Below, one piece after another: positions 29,820-40,469 of a stretch of 64,000 nt of DNA. How positions within the stretch are numbered: position 1 is the stretch's first letter; each line of letters opens with the position of its first letter. A program made the translations under genes and the position numbers. The notes under the pieces were generated by a model, which saw only the letters and a program-made list of their open reading frames with translations, made no database searches and was not told the origin of the DNA. This DNA is from Candidatus Yanofskybacteria bacterium RIFCSPHIGHO2_01_FULL_41_21 (GTDB lineage: Bacteria; Patescibacteriota; Minisyncoccia; 2-02-FULL-40-12; GWA2-44-9), in the NCBI GenBank assembly GCA_001794025.1, contig MGJA01000003.1, positions 76,909 to 140,908 on the forward strand, read 5' to 3'.

Positions 29820-30860
29820 ATGATAAAAAATTCTCAAAAGAAATTATTAATTACTGGCGGAGCCGGTTTTATCGGTTCAAACTTTATTCATTTTATTTAC
29901 AATAAGTATCCCAATTACATAATTTATAATCTGGATTTACTAACCTATGCAGGGAATATAAGGAATATGGATAATTTGAAAGACATTAAGGGTTCAAAAA
30001 GGTATTTTTTTATTAAAGGTGATATTTGTGATGCTAAACTTGTGGGTGGTCTTTTCAAGAAACATAAATTTGATATTGTCGTGAATTTTGCGGCTGAAAG
30101 CCATGTGGATCGTTCTATTTCAAATGACTATCATTTCTTCAGAACTAATTTTACAGGAGTTCATAATCTCATTGCTTTAGTGCGAAAGTATGCCATCCCG
30201 AGATTTATTCAAATTTCTACCGATGAAATTTATGGGGATGTTCATAAGGGCGCTTCAGGGGAATCACACCCAATGCACCCTTCAAATCCTTATGCAGCTT
30301 CAAAAGCTGCAGCTGATCTTGTCGTGCAGTCGTACATGAGAACCCACAAACTACCCTTACTAATCGTCCGGGGCTCCAATAATTATGGCCCTTATCAGTA
30401 TCCTGAAAAACTTATCCCTCTGACTATTACTAATTTATTAGAAGATAAAAAAATTCCCATCCATGGCGACGGTCAACAACTACGACGCTGGCTTCATGTG
30501 GAGGATTTTTGTCGAGCCATAGATTTAATAATGAATAAAGGGAAGGACTTTAGTATTTACAATGTAGCAGGTAGTGAAACTTCAAATCTTAATATCGTAA
30601 TAATGGTTGCCAAAGTTCTCAAGAAAGATCCAAAAAAGTTTATTTTTTTCATTAATGATCGACCGGGCGGAGATCGTCGTTATGCGCCCGATGCAACCAA
30701 AATAAAAAAAGAGTTGGGATGGAGTCCCCAATATCACATTAAAAATCATCTTGTGAATGTTGTTGGTTGGTATTTAAATAACGAACAATGGTGGCAGGAT
30801 ATAAAAAAGAAGCAGGCATTCAAGGCATATTACAAGAAACAACTCCGTTCCGAGTATTAA
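29820..30860 (+). CDS. rmlB: dTDP-glucose 4,6-dehydratase
   Basis: TGGAGFIGSNF, LTYAGN, FAAESHVDRSI, STDEIYG, PYAASKA, NNYGPYQYPEKLIP. Confidence 0.93.
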   Translation: MIKNSQKKLLITGGAGFIGSNFIHFIYNKYPNYIIYNLDLLTYAGNIRNMDNLKDIKGSKRYFFIKGDICDAKLVGGLFKKHKFDIVVNFAAESHVDRSISNDYHFFRTNFTGVHNLIALVRKYAIPRFIQISTDEIYGDVHKGASGESHPMHPSNPYAASKAAADLVVQSYMRTHKLPLLIVRGSNNYGPYQYPEKLIPLTITNLLEDKKIPIHGDGQQLRRWLHVEDFCRAIDLIMNKGKDFSIYNVAGSETSNLNIVIMVAKVLKKDPKKFIFFINDRPGGDRRYAPDATKIKKELGWSPQYHIKNHLVNVVGWYLNNEQWWQDIKKKQAFKAYYKKQLRSEY

Positions 30861-30870
30861 CCACTCTCTT

Positions 30871-32013
30871 ATGGTAAGGATTCTGTATGTTGTTAATCAA
30901 AGAATGCCAACAGAAAAGGCATACGGGATTCAAATTGCTAAAATGTGTGAAGCATTTGCCTTGAATGTTGTGGACGTTACTCTTTTGATGCCCCAAAGAG
31001 GGAATCCCAGCAGAAAGACCGTCTTTGAATATTATGGCACAATAAATAATTTTAAAATTATTCAGTTACGTTGCCTAGATTTTTATTGGCCCGGAATTTT
31101 TGATAAAATCGCTTTTCTTATAAAACAGACCATCTCCGCTTTAGTTTTAGTTTGTATTGCTCTCCGAAATAAATACGACGTAATATATTCTCGAGATGAG
31201 TTACCTCTTTTTCTACTAAGTTTTTTTAGAAAAAATTTAATTTTTGAAGCCCATCGGTTTTCTAAAAAAAGAAATATATTTTACAGACGTTTCAAAAAAA
31301 ACAATATAAAAATAATTGTTATTTCTCAAGGGTTGAAGGATAAATTTGCCCAATACGGATTTGCTACAAAAAATATCTTAGTTGCCCATGATGGTGTGGA
31401 TTTAGAACAATTTAAAATTAATAAAACACAACCGGAATGTAGAAATATCTTAAAATTACCACTCAATAAAACTCTGGTATTATACACTGGACATCTCTAC
31501 GAATGGAAAGGGGCCAGCGTGCTTTTGGAAGTAGCGCGCAATTTCCAAAATAAAGAAGATATTTTATTCGTTTTCGTGGGTGGAACAGATTCTGATATCA
31601 GAGATTTCAGAGAAAGAGTTAAGATAATGGAATTAAATAATGTAATGATTGTTGGTCTAGTGCCACATAATGAGGTATCTTTGTATCTGAAGGTGGCTGA
31701 TATTCTTGTGTTGCCGAATTCTGGAAAGGAAGACATCTCACGTTTATACACTTCTCCTTTGAAGATGTTTGAATATATGGCCAGCGGTAAACCAATTATT
31801 GCTTCAGATTTACCGTCTATTAGAGAAGTTTTAACGGATTATTCGGTATTTTTTTCAAGACCTGATGATGTGGAAAGCTTGATAACTGTGATTAATGAAG
31901 TTATAAATAACATGCCAGAAGCAGAAAAACGTGCTCAACGGGCTCTACAGGAGGTAGTTAAGTACAGTTGGAATGCACGGGCTGGAAATATTTTAGATTT
32001 TATTAAATCATAA
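30871..32013 (+). CDS. Glycosyltransferase family 4
   Basis: RMPTEKAYG, YTGHLYEWKG, SPLKMFEYMASG. Confidence 0.88.
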   Translation: MVRILYVVNQRMPTEKAYGIQIAKMCEAFALNVVDVTLLMPQRGNPSRKTVFEYYGTINNFKIIQLRCLDFYWPGIFDKIAFLIKQTISALVLVCIALRNKYDVIYSRDELPLFLLSFFRKNLIFEAHRFSKKRNIFYRRFKKNNIKIIVISQGLKDKFAQYGFATKNILVAHDGVDLEQFKINKTQPECRNILKLPLNKTLVLYTGHLYEWKGASVLLEVARNFQNKEDILFVFVGGTDSDIRDFRERVKIMELNNVMIVGLVPHNEVSLYLKVADILVLPNSGKEDISRLYTSPLKMFEYMASGKPIIASDLPSIREVLTDYSVFFSRPDDVESLITVINEVINNMPEAEKRAQRALQEVVKYSWNARAGNILDFIKS

Positions 32014-32020
32014 CCTAATA

Positions 32021-32752
32021 ATGAATATTTGTGTTACAGGGGCATCATCTGGTATTGGACGTGAGTTGGTAAAACAACTTATAAAAGATGGACATATTGT
32101 CTGGGGAATAGCCCGCCGAGAAAATTTACTGGAGGAACTCAAAAAAGAACTTGGCTCCGATAGTCAGTTCTTTTATTCTGTTTGTGATGTCAGTGTTCAG
32201 GATGATGTATTAAGCGTTGTGCATATAATGGAACAGGATGGATTCATTTTAGATGCGGTAATTATGGGTGCCGGTGTCTTTTTGAACGATATCTCTAGTG
32301 GATTTGATTACAAACTTTTTAAAAAAGTTATTGATACAAATCTTTATGGTTCTTTAAATTTTGTAGATGTCTTTCTTCCTAAATTTCTAAAGCAGGGTTA
32401 CGGGCAGTTTATAGCCATTTCTTCTATCACAGCCCTAAAGCCGAGTTTGCGCGGTGTTGGTTATCCGGCCAGTAAATCGGCTTTAGGAATTGCTTTTCGG
32501 TGTTTAGATTTAGCATATCGCAAGAAGAATGTTATTTTCTCTACTATATACTTGGGGCCAGTGGCAACAGATATGTGGAATGCTAAAAAATCATTTGCCG
32601 TTGCGGACAAAAAGCAAATAGCATCTACCGTCAAACATGTCCTAAAAACCAAAAAATCGGTCTATTATGTTCCATTCTGGTCCACACTTATTTCCAGAAT
32701 AAGTTTTTTACCTGACAGATGGTACATAACATTAACCGAACTATTTCGTTAA
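32021..32752 (+). CDS. Short-chain dehydrogenase/reductase
   Basis: TGASSGIG, ISS, YPASK. Confidence 0.85.
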   Translation: MNICVTGASSGIGRELVKQLIKDGHIVWGIARRENLLEELKKELGSDSQFFYSVCDVSVQDDVLSVVHIMEQDGFILDAVIMGAGVFLNDISSGFDYKLFKKVIDTNLYGSLNFVDVFLPKFLKQGYGQFIAISSITALKPSLRGVGYPASKSALGIAFRCLDLAYRKKNVIFSTIYLGPVATDMWNAKKSFAVADKKQIASTVKHVLKTKKSVYYVPFWSTLISRISFLPDRWYITLTELFR

Positions 32753-32757
32753 AATAA

Positions 32758-32871
32758 GTCCCGTTAGAAATGAACCCTACGGGTATAAATATGAAAATCA
32801 ATAATATAAAAATGATTGTAACCAGCCACCACCCCAAGACGGTGGATGGTCTGTTACATTTCTAACGGGAT
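32758..32871 (+). mobile_element. 114-bp MITE-like element family A, copy 4
   Basis: Two substitutions versus copy 2; right end overlaps ATG 32870. Confidence 0.85.
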
Positions 32872-33604
32872 GAACTCTAAAGAAACAAATAAAACTCCAG
32901 AGTTATCTATAGTGGTTTTGTGTTACCGAAGCGGTAAAACAATAATTCCTTTCTTGGAAAAAATGAAACAAGAATTTAAAGAAGGAGAGATGGATGATTA
33001 CGAGTTGGTTTTGGTAGGAAATTATTTTCCCGGGACCGACGATACAACCCCGAACGTGGTTAGGGAATTGGCAAGAAATAATCCCAAAATAGTGTCCGTG
33101 ACATTAGAGAAAAAAGGAATGATGGGTTGGGACACCATTAGTGGATTGAATGCCGCCAGTGGGCGTGCGATTGGTTTTATTGATGGCGATGGACAGATGC
33201 CCTCGCGGGATATCGTGCGGCTCTATAAGGTTTTAAAAAGCGGTGAGTTTGACTTGGTAAAGACATTTCGTAAAACACGTATGGACAGCGCTTATCGGAA
33301 GTTTATCTCCGGTTGTTATAATCTGATATTCCATATACTTTTCCCAAGTGCGACATTTAGAGATGTGAATGCTAAACCAAAATTAATGACCATGGAGGCC
33401 TATAAGAAGATGAAGCTTTCCTGTGACGGTTGGCTGATTGACGCGGAAATAATGTTAGAGTCAATGCGTCTGGACTTGAATGTGGCCGAAGTGCCTACCG
33501 TTTTTTATAAAAACGAATGGCGGGGAAGTTTTGTAAAGATTTGGACAATTTTTGAATTTTTAATTAATTTAGTTGTTTATAGGTTTAAGTACTGGTTTAA
33601 ATAA
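32870..33604 (+). CDS. GT2 glycosyltransferase (DPM1-like)
   Basis: SIVVLCY, IDGDGQ, DVNAKPK, IDAEIM; start ATG 32870. Confidence 0.8.
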   Translation: MNSKETNKTPELSIVVLCYRSGKTIIPFLEKMKQEFKEGEMDDYELVLVGNYFPGTDDTTPNVVRELARNNPKIVSVTLEKKGMMGWDTISGLNAASGRAIGFIDGDGQMPSRDIVRLYKVLKSGEFDLVKTFRKTRMDSAYRKFISGCYNLIFHILFPSATFRDVNAKPKLMTMEAYKKMKLSCDGWLIDAEIMLESMRLDLNVAEVPTVFYKNEWRGSFVKIWTIFEFLINLVVYRFKYWFK

Positions 33605-34398
33605 TGAAAATCACCGATCCAAAATTTCAAGCGTCTCTAAAAGAACCAATTTCAGCGCACGGAGGGCAAGGTGCGGAAGATGGCACTGTTTCAAATCGGG
33701 TCAAAACTTTAGCTAAGAGATGGCCCGGACTTTATAATTTTCTTAAGAAAACTGTCGGGCCAAGTAACTCGCTCGGGAATCATTATAATCTCAAAAATCG
33801 TATTCAAAAATTATTCGGAGACAAGATAGACGATAAACTTATTTTAAATCTTGGTTCCGGTACATATCGTATCCATCCCGAAATTATTAATGTGGACTTG
33901 TTTGCTTTCAAAGAGGTAGATATAGTGGCGGATATTTGCGACACTCCATTTAAAGACGGTTCGGTTGACGGAATAATATGTGAAGATGTTTTGGAGCACG
34001 TTGCCCAAGCTCCCAAATTATTTAAAGAGATGTCCAGAATTTTAAAACCGGGTGGTATGATTATAATAAAAACGCCATTTGTATATCCATATCATTCTTC
34101 TCCAAATGATTTCTTTAGATGGACGGACGAAGGTCTAAAATATATTCTTAAAGAAAATAATTTTAGCGTTAAAAAATCCGGTATAACCGGTGGTCCCATG
34201 TGTACTCTGCAGGCGATTTTAATGCATGTTTTTGCGATGATTTTTTCTTTCGGCTCAAGGTCTCTTTATTTTATTTTAGTTCAATTTTTTATGGTTATAT
34301 TTTCCCCTTTGAAATTACTTGATCCATTGTTTCTTTTATCTCCATTTGCCACAGATATATCCTCTCATATTTTTGTAATTGCTGAGAAAAATATGTAA
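33604..34398 (+). CDS. Class I SAM-dependent methyltransferase (type 11-like)
   Basis: LNLGSG, VLEHV, RILKPGG, PYHSSPNDFFRWT. Confidence 0.85.
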   Translation: MKITDPKFQASLKEPISAHGGQGAEDGTVSNRVKTLAKRWPGLYNFLKKTVGPSNSLGNHYNLKNRIQKLFGDKIDDKLILNLGSGTYRIHPEIINVDLFAFKEVDIVADICDTPFKDGSVDGIICEDVLEHVAQAPKLFKEMSRILKPGGMIIIKTPFVYPYHSSPNDFFRWTDEGLKYILKENNFSVKKSGITGGPMCTLQAILMHVFAMIFSFGSRSLYFILVQFFMVIFSPLKLLDPLFLLSPFATDISSHIFVIAEKNM

Positions 34399-34404
34399 AA
34401 AGAC

Positions 34405-36222
34405 ATGTTGATACAGAAAATAAAACCATTATTTATACAATATTGGCTAGTGCTCGTGTGCTCTGTTTTTGTAGGCGCTGTTTGTTCTTTTGGACAATAT
34501 TATTCAATCTATAAGTTAGGAAATGAATATCACGGAGTCCCATATCTCTACCAAGACAATGATGATGTTTATATGTCTCGTATCCGAGAATTAGTAGAAG
34601 GTCGTGATGCTATCAGTTCGCCCTATTTTTTTGAATATAAAGATGCATCTGCTCCGCTTTTACCTTATGGTGAAATGTTTTATGCCCTGCCGGTTAAATT
34701 GCTAAATTTTAATCTCATAACGTTTGTCCATTTATCCAAGTTTCTTTTTCCGGCGATTCTTTTTGGTCTGGTTTTTTCGCTGATTCATTTATTGTTAAGA
34801 AAAAGGTCTATGCTCACAGCGTTGGTCGGCGCAACGTTGATTATATTAGCACCGGACATTTTGAGTTTGGGGTATGTCAAAAATATTTTTGATACCCAAA
34901 ATCCGTTTCTTCTCTCTATTTGGACGCGCTTGGTGAATCCCATCACCGGCGCGTTGTTATTGTTCTCGTTTTTTATTGTTCTGGTAAAAATTAGAGAATG
35001 TTCCATTTTGTCCATAATATTCTCCGGTCTTTTATTGGGATTTATGCCGGGATATTTTTTCTCTTTTGCTTTGGCTAGTTTGACTACGATTTTTCTTCTT
35101 TTATTTTTGGTGCTGGGAAAAAATTACCGGGTCGCTCTACGTTTATCTTTGGTTTTTCCTATTGCTTTTCTTGTAAGCGCGAAATATTTTATAACCCAAA
35201 TTCAAGGCATAATATCCGGAGGTACGCTTGCCACTTCCTTGCGTAATGGTCTTTTGATTACTCATAGCCCATTGTCTAATAACACACTAATTCTTGGACT
35301 GGTTATTTTATTAAGTGTCGGCGCTTTCCTTTTTTTGAAAAAGAAAGATGAATATTTGGAGGAGAAGTCATCCATACAATTTCTGTTTGCCGGATTACTG
35401 GCTGGCCTAGTGGCGTTTAATCAACAAATTATTACTGGTAAAACGATATGGCCATTTCATTTTGTTCAGTACACCAAGCCACTAGTTTTTATAGCCATAC
35501 TTTATTGCGGATATCTTTTATTTTCTAAATATACTAAATTTTGGCGCGCAATAATGATTTTTTCTCTGATTTTTATTTTCGGGATTGGTATTAAGGGGGC
35601 TTTGAGTTACCAGTCCAATCTTGAACAGTATCGGGAGTATCAACGCTATGGTGCGGTTGCGGGTTGGCTTAATTCCAATGCGACAAAGGATTGCGTGATT
35701 ATCGCTAAAGAGGCCGATGGTCTTCGTCGAAGTTCGGGCAGTATTATTGAAAAGTTACATCTGCTTGTCCCAGCGGTAACAAGATGTGATTCATATATAA
35801 GCTTATACACATTCTTTAATGTGCCTCAGGAGAGGATCTATCATAATTATTTAGCGTATCTTCGTATTAATGGAGTAACTATCAAAACAATTGATAAATT
35901 TCTTAAAGAAAATCGTCGTCAGATGATTAACGTATTTTTCTCCGATTGGAACGAGATGTTTTACAATGGTCCCAATAATTCTTGGCTTGTCTCTGTTTCC
36001 GACGTGCCGGCAATTGAGAGAAAAGTTGATAATATCGCACAAAAAATCGCGACTGATTATCCAATTTTTATGCGCCAAGATTTCGGTCTATTTCTGAAAC
36101 AATATCGGGTTGATTATTTTATCTATGATGAAAAATATGGCGGTTTGTGGAATAACGAATGGAATAAATTTTTAAATAAAGAAACCGAACTTGGCGATTT
36201 TGTGGTTTACAGTTTTAGGTAA
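34405..36222 (+). CDS. Polytopic membrane protein, possible GT-C glycosyltransferase
   Basis: Acidic DNDDVY loop after TM1, about 11 TMs, soluble C-terminal domain. Confidence 0.55.
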   Translation: MLIQKIKPLFIQYWLVLVCSVFVGAVCSFGQYYSIYKLGNEYHGVPYLYQDNDDVYMSRIRELVEGRDAISSPYFFEYKDASAPLLPYGEMFYALPVKLLNFNLITFVHLSKFLFPAILFGLVFSLIHLLLRKRSMLTALVGATLIILAPDILSLGYVKNIFDTQNPFLLSIWTRLVNPITGALLLFSFFIVLVKIRECSILSIIFSGLLLGFMPGYFFSFALASLTTIFLLLFLVLGKNYRVALRLSLVFPIAFLVSAKYFITQIQGIISGGTLATSLRNGLLITHSPLSNNTLILGLVILLSVGAFLFLKKKDEYLEEKSSIQFLFAGLLAGLVAFNQQIITGKTIWPFHFVQYTKPLVFIAILYCGYLLFSKYTKFWRAIMIFSLIFIFGIGIKGALSYQSNLEQYREYQRYGAVAGWLNSNATKDCVIIAKEADGLRRSSGSIIEKLHLLVPAVTRCDSYISLYTFFNVPQERIYHNYLAYLRINGVTIKTIDKFLKENRRQMINVFFSDWNEMFYNGPNNSWLVSVSDVPAIERKVDNIAQKIATDYPIFMRQDFGLFLKQYRVDYFIYDEKYGGLWNNEWNKFLNKETELGDFVVYSFR

Positions 36223-36259
36223 AAAAAAGATCGGGTGGCTCCGTTACGGATCCACCCGA
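36221..36259 (-). terminator. Intrinsic terminator
   Basis: tcgggtgg...ccacccga stem followed by T8 on the minus strand. Confidence 0.75.
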
Positions 36260-36268
36260 CCGACATGT

Positions 36269-36844
36269 CTACCACGTCCACGTAATTACACCGATTGAGA
36301 GCACGAGAGAGCACCACGCCAGAATTGAATGGGACGACACACCCAAGTAGTAACGAGTGATCCACTCTTTGAATTCCATTGGCCGTCGACGAGCTATCTC
36401 TTCTGCTGTCCAGGTGGTAACAAAATGACGTTTACCGTCTTTTGTTTGAAAAAACGCGAAACTATGTTTAGAGAACGGCCAAAACCACTTTAGTCCCCAT
36501 CCACCCTCATCAAAGCCAATGCTGTCATGCAGGAAATGAAGAAGGAGACTGGCTGCAGCTATTGTTCCGAATAACGGCGAGAATAGTGTAGCGGAGAGGG
36601 CTACCCCAATAACAACAAGAGGTAGGTGGGTCAGATCTCGATGGTGGGTATCAAGTTTTTTTGAGAAGAAAATCTGAAGCCCTGTGTCAATGTCTGGTAG
36701 AAGTGCGAAGAACACGCTTGCCAGATACATTTCAAATGTTCTGCGGTTGACTAGTTTCGTAGTCACATGGGCGACCAGAAGGCCCATCGAGATGTCGGGG
36801 AATGTAGTCTGGACAAGCTCAAAGATTATACTCCTTAATTTCAT
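36269..36844 (-). CDS. Membrane-bound metal-dependent hydrolase (YdjM-like)
   Basis: LLPDID, HRDLTH, HFLHD, G..WFWP motifs. Confidence 0.75.
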   Translation of the reverse strand: MKLRSIIFELVQTTFPDISMGLLVAHVTTKLVNRRTFEMYLASVFFALLPDIDTGLQIFFSKKLDTHHRDLTHLPLVVIGVALSATLFSPLFGTIAAASLLLHFLHDSIGFDEGGWGLKWFWPFSKHSFAFFQTKDGKRHFVTTWTAEEIARRRPMEFKEWITRYYLGVSSHSILAWCSLVLSIGVITWTW

Positions 36845-36928
36845 TGCGGATTCTCTTTCTGACGCACGTGGCGTCTATTTAAAGTGGGTTGTTAAGGGTC
36901 TTTTCTTTGTAGAATAGACGTCGTCCAT

Positions 36929-36957
36929 ATTCTACGCCTATATTGGTAAAATGTCAA
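36929..36957 (-). promoter_or_regulatory. Sigma70 promoter for the YdjM-like gene
   Basis: TTGACA-17-TAGAAT on the minus strand; inverted repeat gtagaata...tattctac (36909-36935) overlaps the -10. Confidence 0.7.
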
Positions 36958-36981
36958 TGTTTTACTTCAGTAGAGCAAAAA

Positions 36982-37902
36982 TTAAAGATTAGATGAATCT
37001 TTAAGATAAAAATAGTGGATTGCAAGGGGTAGACCGACGAGCATGAACAGAAAATAACTCAAGAATGAGTAAGAGAATCCTACGGCCAGCGCTTGGGCGG
37101 ATGTGGCATAAGTTGCGAATAGAGCGATGATGGCACTGTCTCGGATGCCGATACCGCCTATACTGACAGGTATGAGTCCGGCAAAAAGCGTAATCGGGAG
37201 ATAAGCAATGACAGCAATAAACGGTATTGTTGTGTTAAATGCTTGAAATAGAAAATAAGCAGAAGTAATTGAACTTAACCAGTTTGTCATTGAGACGAGA
37301 CCAGCTGTAACCAAATAAACCGGCTTATTTGGAATTTTAACGGCGGTTGTAACTTTATTAACAAAACCAATTTTCGTAAGACCAAATTTTGGTCCTATTT
37401 TTTTTACTATTATAACACCGATAATTACAGAAATCGCGACCGCGAGAGTTATTAAACTGTAAATATTTTGGTTCAAAATCTTTAATCCAATAGTAGCAAT
37501 AAGAAGGAGAACAATAACATCAATTATTTTCTCAACGATAACCGAACCCACCGATTCGGCCGGAGAAATATTATCTTTCGTGAAATAACTTCGGACAAAA
37601 TCACCCAGTCGGCCGGGGATTAGAATAAAGGCATAACTCGCGGTTATGGCATGGAATATCGTCTTAAATTTGAGATTATAACCATATGCTTTGAGGACGA
37701 AGAACCAGCGGAGAGGATTAAGAATAAAAGTCGGTAAAATAGCTAAAAGGGCATACCAGAGAAAATTAATGTTGGTTTCTTTTGTGGTTTTTAAAAATGT
37801 TTGAGTATCAACGGTTACTTTGAAAATAATAAAAAGAATGACAACCGTACCAATACCGAGAAAGATAACTTTTTTTAATGGAATTTTTTTGATTATATCC
37901 AT
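36982..37902 (-). CDS. Lysylphosphatidylglycerol-synthase-TM / flippase-like protein (UPF0104)
   Basis: LRW, PGRLGDFVRSY, EKIID, PVSIGGIGIRD. Confidence 0.8.
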   Translation of the reverse strand: MDIIKKIPLKKVIFLGIGTVVILFIIFKVTVDTQTFLKTTKETNINFLWYALLAILPTFILNPLRWFFVLKAYGYNLKFKTIFHAITASYAFILIPGRLGDFVRSYFTKDNISPAESVGSVIVEKIIDVIVLLLIATIGLKILNQNIYSLITLAVAISVIIGVIIVKKIGPKFGLTKIGFVNKVTTAVKIPNKPVYLVTAGLVSMTNWLSSITSAYFLFQAFNTTIPFIAVIAYLPITLFAGLIPVSIGGIGIRDSAIIALFATYATSAQALAVGFSYSFLSYFLFMLVGLPLAIHYFYLKDSSNL

Positions 37903-37905
37903 TGG

Positions 37906-39498
37906 TTAAAAATTTCTGGCTATAGTGAGCTTTCCGGTTTTGTTCAATGTCTCGGTTTCAGAACTATAATTCTGCCACGGCATGAGGGTACTGGTGGTAA
38001 AGGCCTGACCGGTGGCGACATAGATTGCCGTAAAATCAGTTGGGACATATATTTTAGTGAAGTTTTTTTCAGTGGTCGTTATTGTGTCTGTCAGGATAAC
38101 CTTACCATGTTGAAATGAAAAACGACGTTCCAGTTTGGTGGCGGTCGATGATTTTGAAACGATAAGTATTTTCTGGAGAATAACTCTAATAATTCTACTG
38201 AACCTTCTACCAAGTCCAAGCGTTATCATCCTGAATACTAATTGTTTGAATGGAGATGGTAGGACTTGAGAATAGTTGTAGAAATTGGCTTCTATGACAA
38301 GTTCTTCGTTTGAAATGGAAAATTCCGGTTCCGCACTCCACATTTGAGAGATGATTTTTTTACCGTTTTGTTTCTCTAATATCAATCCACAATCACTGGT
38401 TATAAGAGTTTCTTTTTGAAAGAGTTTAAAGACCCCACCTTTTTTGATTGAACAGATTAAAAAAGAATCATTTTTGTTTCTAATAAACAGTCCGGCATGT
38501 TTAAATAATTTTTGGTATTCATGGGGTCGTTCCTGATTCGGTAAATTATTATCATGATTTAAAAAGGCCTGGAGATAATTATAAATATAATGGTTGAATA
38601 TCCGATCATCATCAATTCTGGACCGAGTTTTATCAGCCAAACTTTTCAGAAACATATTTCTGATGTAAGTGGCTTCAGGAAATTGGCGAGCGAGGATTTC
38701 AAAACCATTGGGAACAAAATGGGATGTATTGCGGGAACCGTATTCACCGCCATAACTACCGTCGGGGTGGATGGTTAAGAAACAAAAATGGACTGCCTTT
38801 TCAAGGGCTGATTTAATTTCAACATTTTCAGGATTTTTTTGAAGATATTTCGCCAGAAAATCTATCGTGAATGTTAGATAGCCCGGATCACAACCCTCAT
38901 ATTCTTGAAACCATCCCTCCGAAGATTGATAAGAAAGCACTTCTTGTATTTTTTCTTCGGCGTGGAATTTTAATTCCGTGTCTTTAGTAATAAGAAAAAC
39001 ATTATAAAGAGCCAAAGCAGATAAGGCGTGATGATTAGCCAGTATGCCGGATTCTTTTTTGTTTATGATAAACTGGGCCCGTTTTTTGAAAAAGGTCTCT
39101 ATTTCGTTATCTTTAATATCTAATAATAGATACGCTTCGGTGCAGGCATAGAGAGAAAAAGCCGTTGCTCCGAGAGCTTCTTCGTTTGGATAATAATCAT
39201 CGGATGAACCGTTTGAACGAGAACTTGTTTTGGCAAAATTAATCCCGGCCATTACATATTCTTTAATTCGCGAATTGTTAAAATAAACATTTCCAGCAAA
39301 ATCAGTGGTATAGATTAATGCGAGAGTAAGAACACACTCTTCATACATGCCACTTGGAAAATCCTTAGCTTTATAGTGCCAAAATTCCCGGTCAAAACAA
39401 CCGTAGGTCTTGCTGATGGGAGACCGATCAAGTATCTCTAAGATATGAGGAATGTAGGAGAGGGCTTCTTGTAAATAGAGTTCTTTCGGGTAATCCAT
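37906..39498 (-). CDS. Hypothetical soluble protein, possibly an alpha/alpha-toroid carbohydrate-active enzyme
   Basis: 530-aa ORF in an operon with GT2 and flippase; GCFDREFWHYK, EGWFQEYEGCDPGY, HPDGSYGGEYGSRNT; fold is inference. Confidence 0.55.
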   Translation of the reverse strand: MDYPKELYLQEALSYIPHILEILDRSPISKTYGCFDREFWHYKAKDFPSGMYEECVLTLALIYTTDFAGNVYFNNSRIKEYVMAGINFAKTSSRSNGSSDDYYPNEEALGATAFSLYACTEAYLLLDIKDNEIETFFKKRAQFIINKKESGILANHHALSALALYNVFLITKDTELKFHAEEKIQEVLSYQSSEGWFQEYEGCDPGYLTFTIDFLAKYLQKNPENVEIKSALEKAVHFCFLTIHPDGSYGGEYGSRNTSHFVPNGFEILARQFPEATYIRNMFLKSLADKTRSRIDDDRIFNHYIYNYLQAFLNHDNNLPNQERPHEYQKLFKHAGLFIRNKNDSFLICSIKKGGVFKLFQKETLITSDCGLILEKQNGKKIISQMWSAEPEFSISNEELVIEANFYNYSQVLPSPFKQLVFRMITLGLGRRFSRIIRVILQKILIVSKSSTATKLERRFSFQHGKVILTDTITTTEKNFTKIYVPTDFTAIYVATGQAFTTSTLMPWQNYSSETETLNKTGKLTIARNF

Positions 39499-39507
39499 GA
39501 AGTTTTA

Positions 39508-40383
39508 TTATGACCGTTTGGTTGCGACGATGAGTTCCGCAAGAAGACCAAGGGCAAAGAGTTGGATAGCAAGCATAAGTATTATGACATCACTTGTTTT
39601 TACATAATTCAGGAGTATCTTGTGCTGGATAGAAAGAAAGGAACCTACAATGAAAAATATAAATGACAATTGTCCAAAAACTCTCATTGGCGCGAAAAAT
39701 AACACGAGCCGAATAATCGTTGAAAAATATTTCAATGTATCTTTGATGGGGTGGAATTTTGATTTACCGATCCGATTATAGTATTCCGTGCTGACATATT
39801 TAACCCGATAGCCGTTACAGAGGAAGGCCAAGGTCATTGTCGTGACACAGGAGAAGCCGTCAGGAATTACCCACATATAACGCAACATGATATCTCGCTT
39901 AAAAATTTTAAAACCAGTATTAAGATCGGGGATTTTGGTCTTAGCAAGATATGAAGCAAATTTTCTTAAAAACCATTTTGCCGGCGTTCGTAAAATTTTC
40001 ATGGTGCCCATCTCTTTTGTTCGGGCACCGTTGACCTGGTCGTATTCCGGGAAAAAAGAAATCATTTCTGGTAATCTGCTAATATCATAGGAACCATCAA
40101 CATCAAACATAGCGATAAGCTCACCTTGGGCTACCCTGATGCCGGTTTTTCTAGAAGCGCCGGAACCGCCGTTTACAGTTCGGCGGATGACAGTTACATT
40201 TTCTTTGGTCGCAATTTCGCCGGTTTTATCGGTTGAGTTGTCATCAACTACGATAATTTCGTAACGTAAGAGAGGTAATTTTTGCATTACCTCGCGGACT
40301 TGGCGGATAGAGTGGCCGACAGCCAGTTCTTCGTTATAAGCCGGTAGGACGAAACTGATATAAGGATTTATTTTTGTCTCCAT
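39508..40383 (-). CDS. GT2 glycosyltransferase with two C-terminal TMs
   Basis: LPAYNEE, VDDNSTD, DVDGSY, PDLNTGFK. Confidence 0.88.
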   Translation of the reverse strand: METKINPYISFVLPAYNEELAVGHSIRQVREVMQKLPLLRYEIIVVDDNSTDKTGEIATKENVTVIRRTVNGGSGASRKTGIRVAQGELIAMFDVDGSYDISRLPEMISFFPEYDQVNGARTKEMGTMKILRTPAKWFLRKFASYLAKTKIPDLNTGFKIFKRDIMLRYMWVIPDGFSCVTTMTLAFLCNGYRVKYVSTEYYNRIGKSKFHPIKDTLKYFSTIIRLVLFFAPMRVFGQLSFIFFIVGSFLSIQHKILLNYVKTSDVIILMLAIQLFALGLLAELIVATKRS

Positions 40384-40469
40384 TAGTTTTTAAACTATAC
40401 CACAAAATTTTAATATTCGCAATGGGGGATGTTGCCCTATTTTTATGATATAATAATATCATATTTGAG

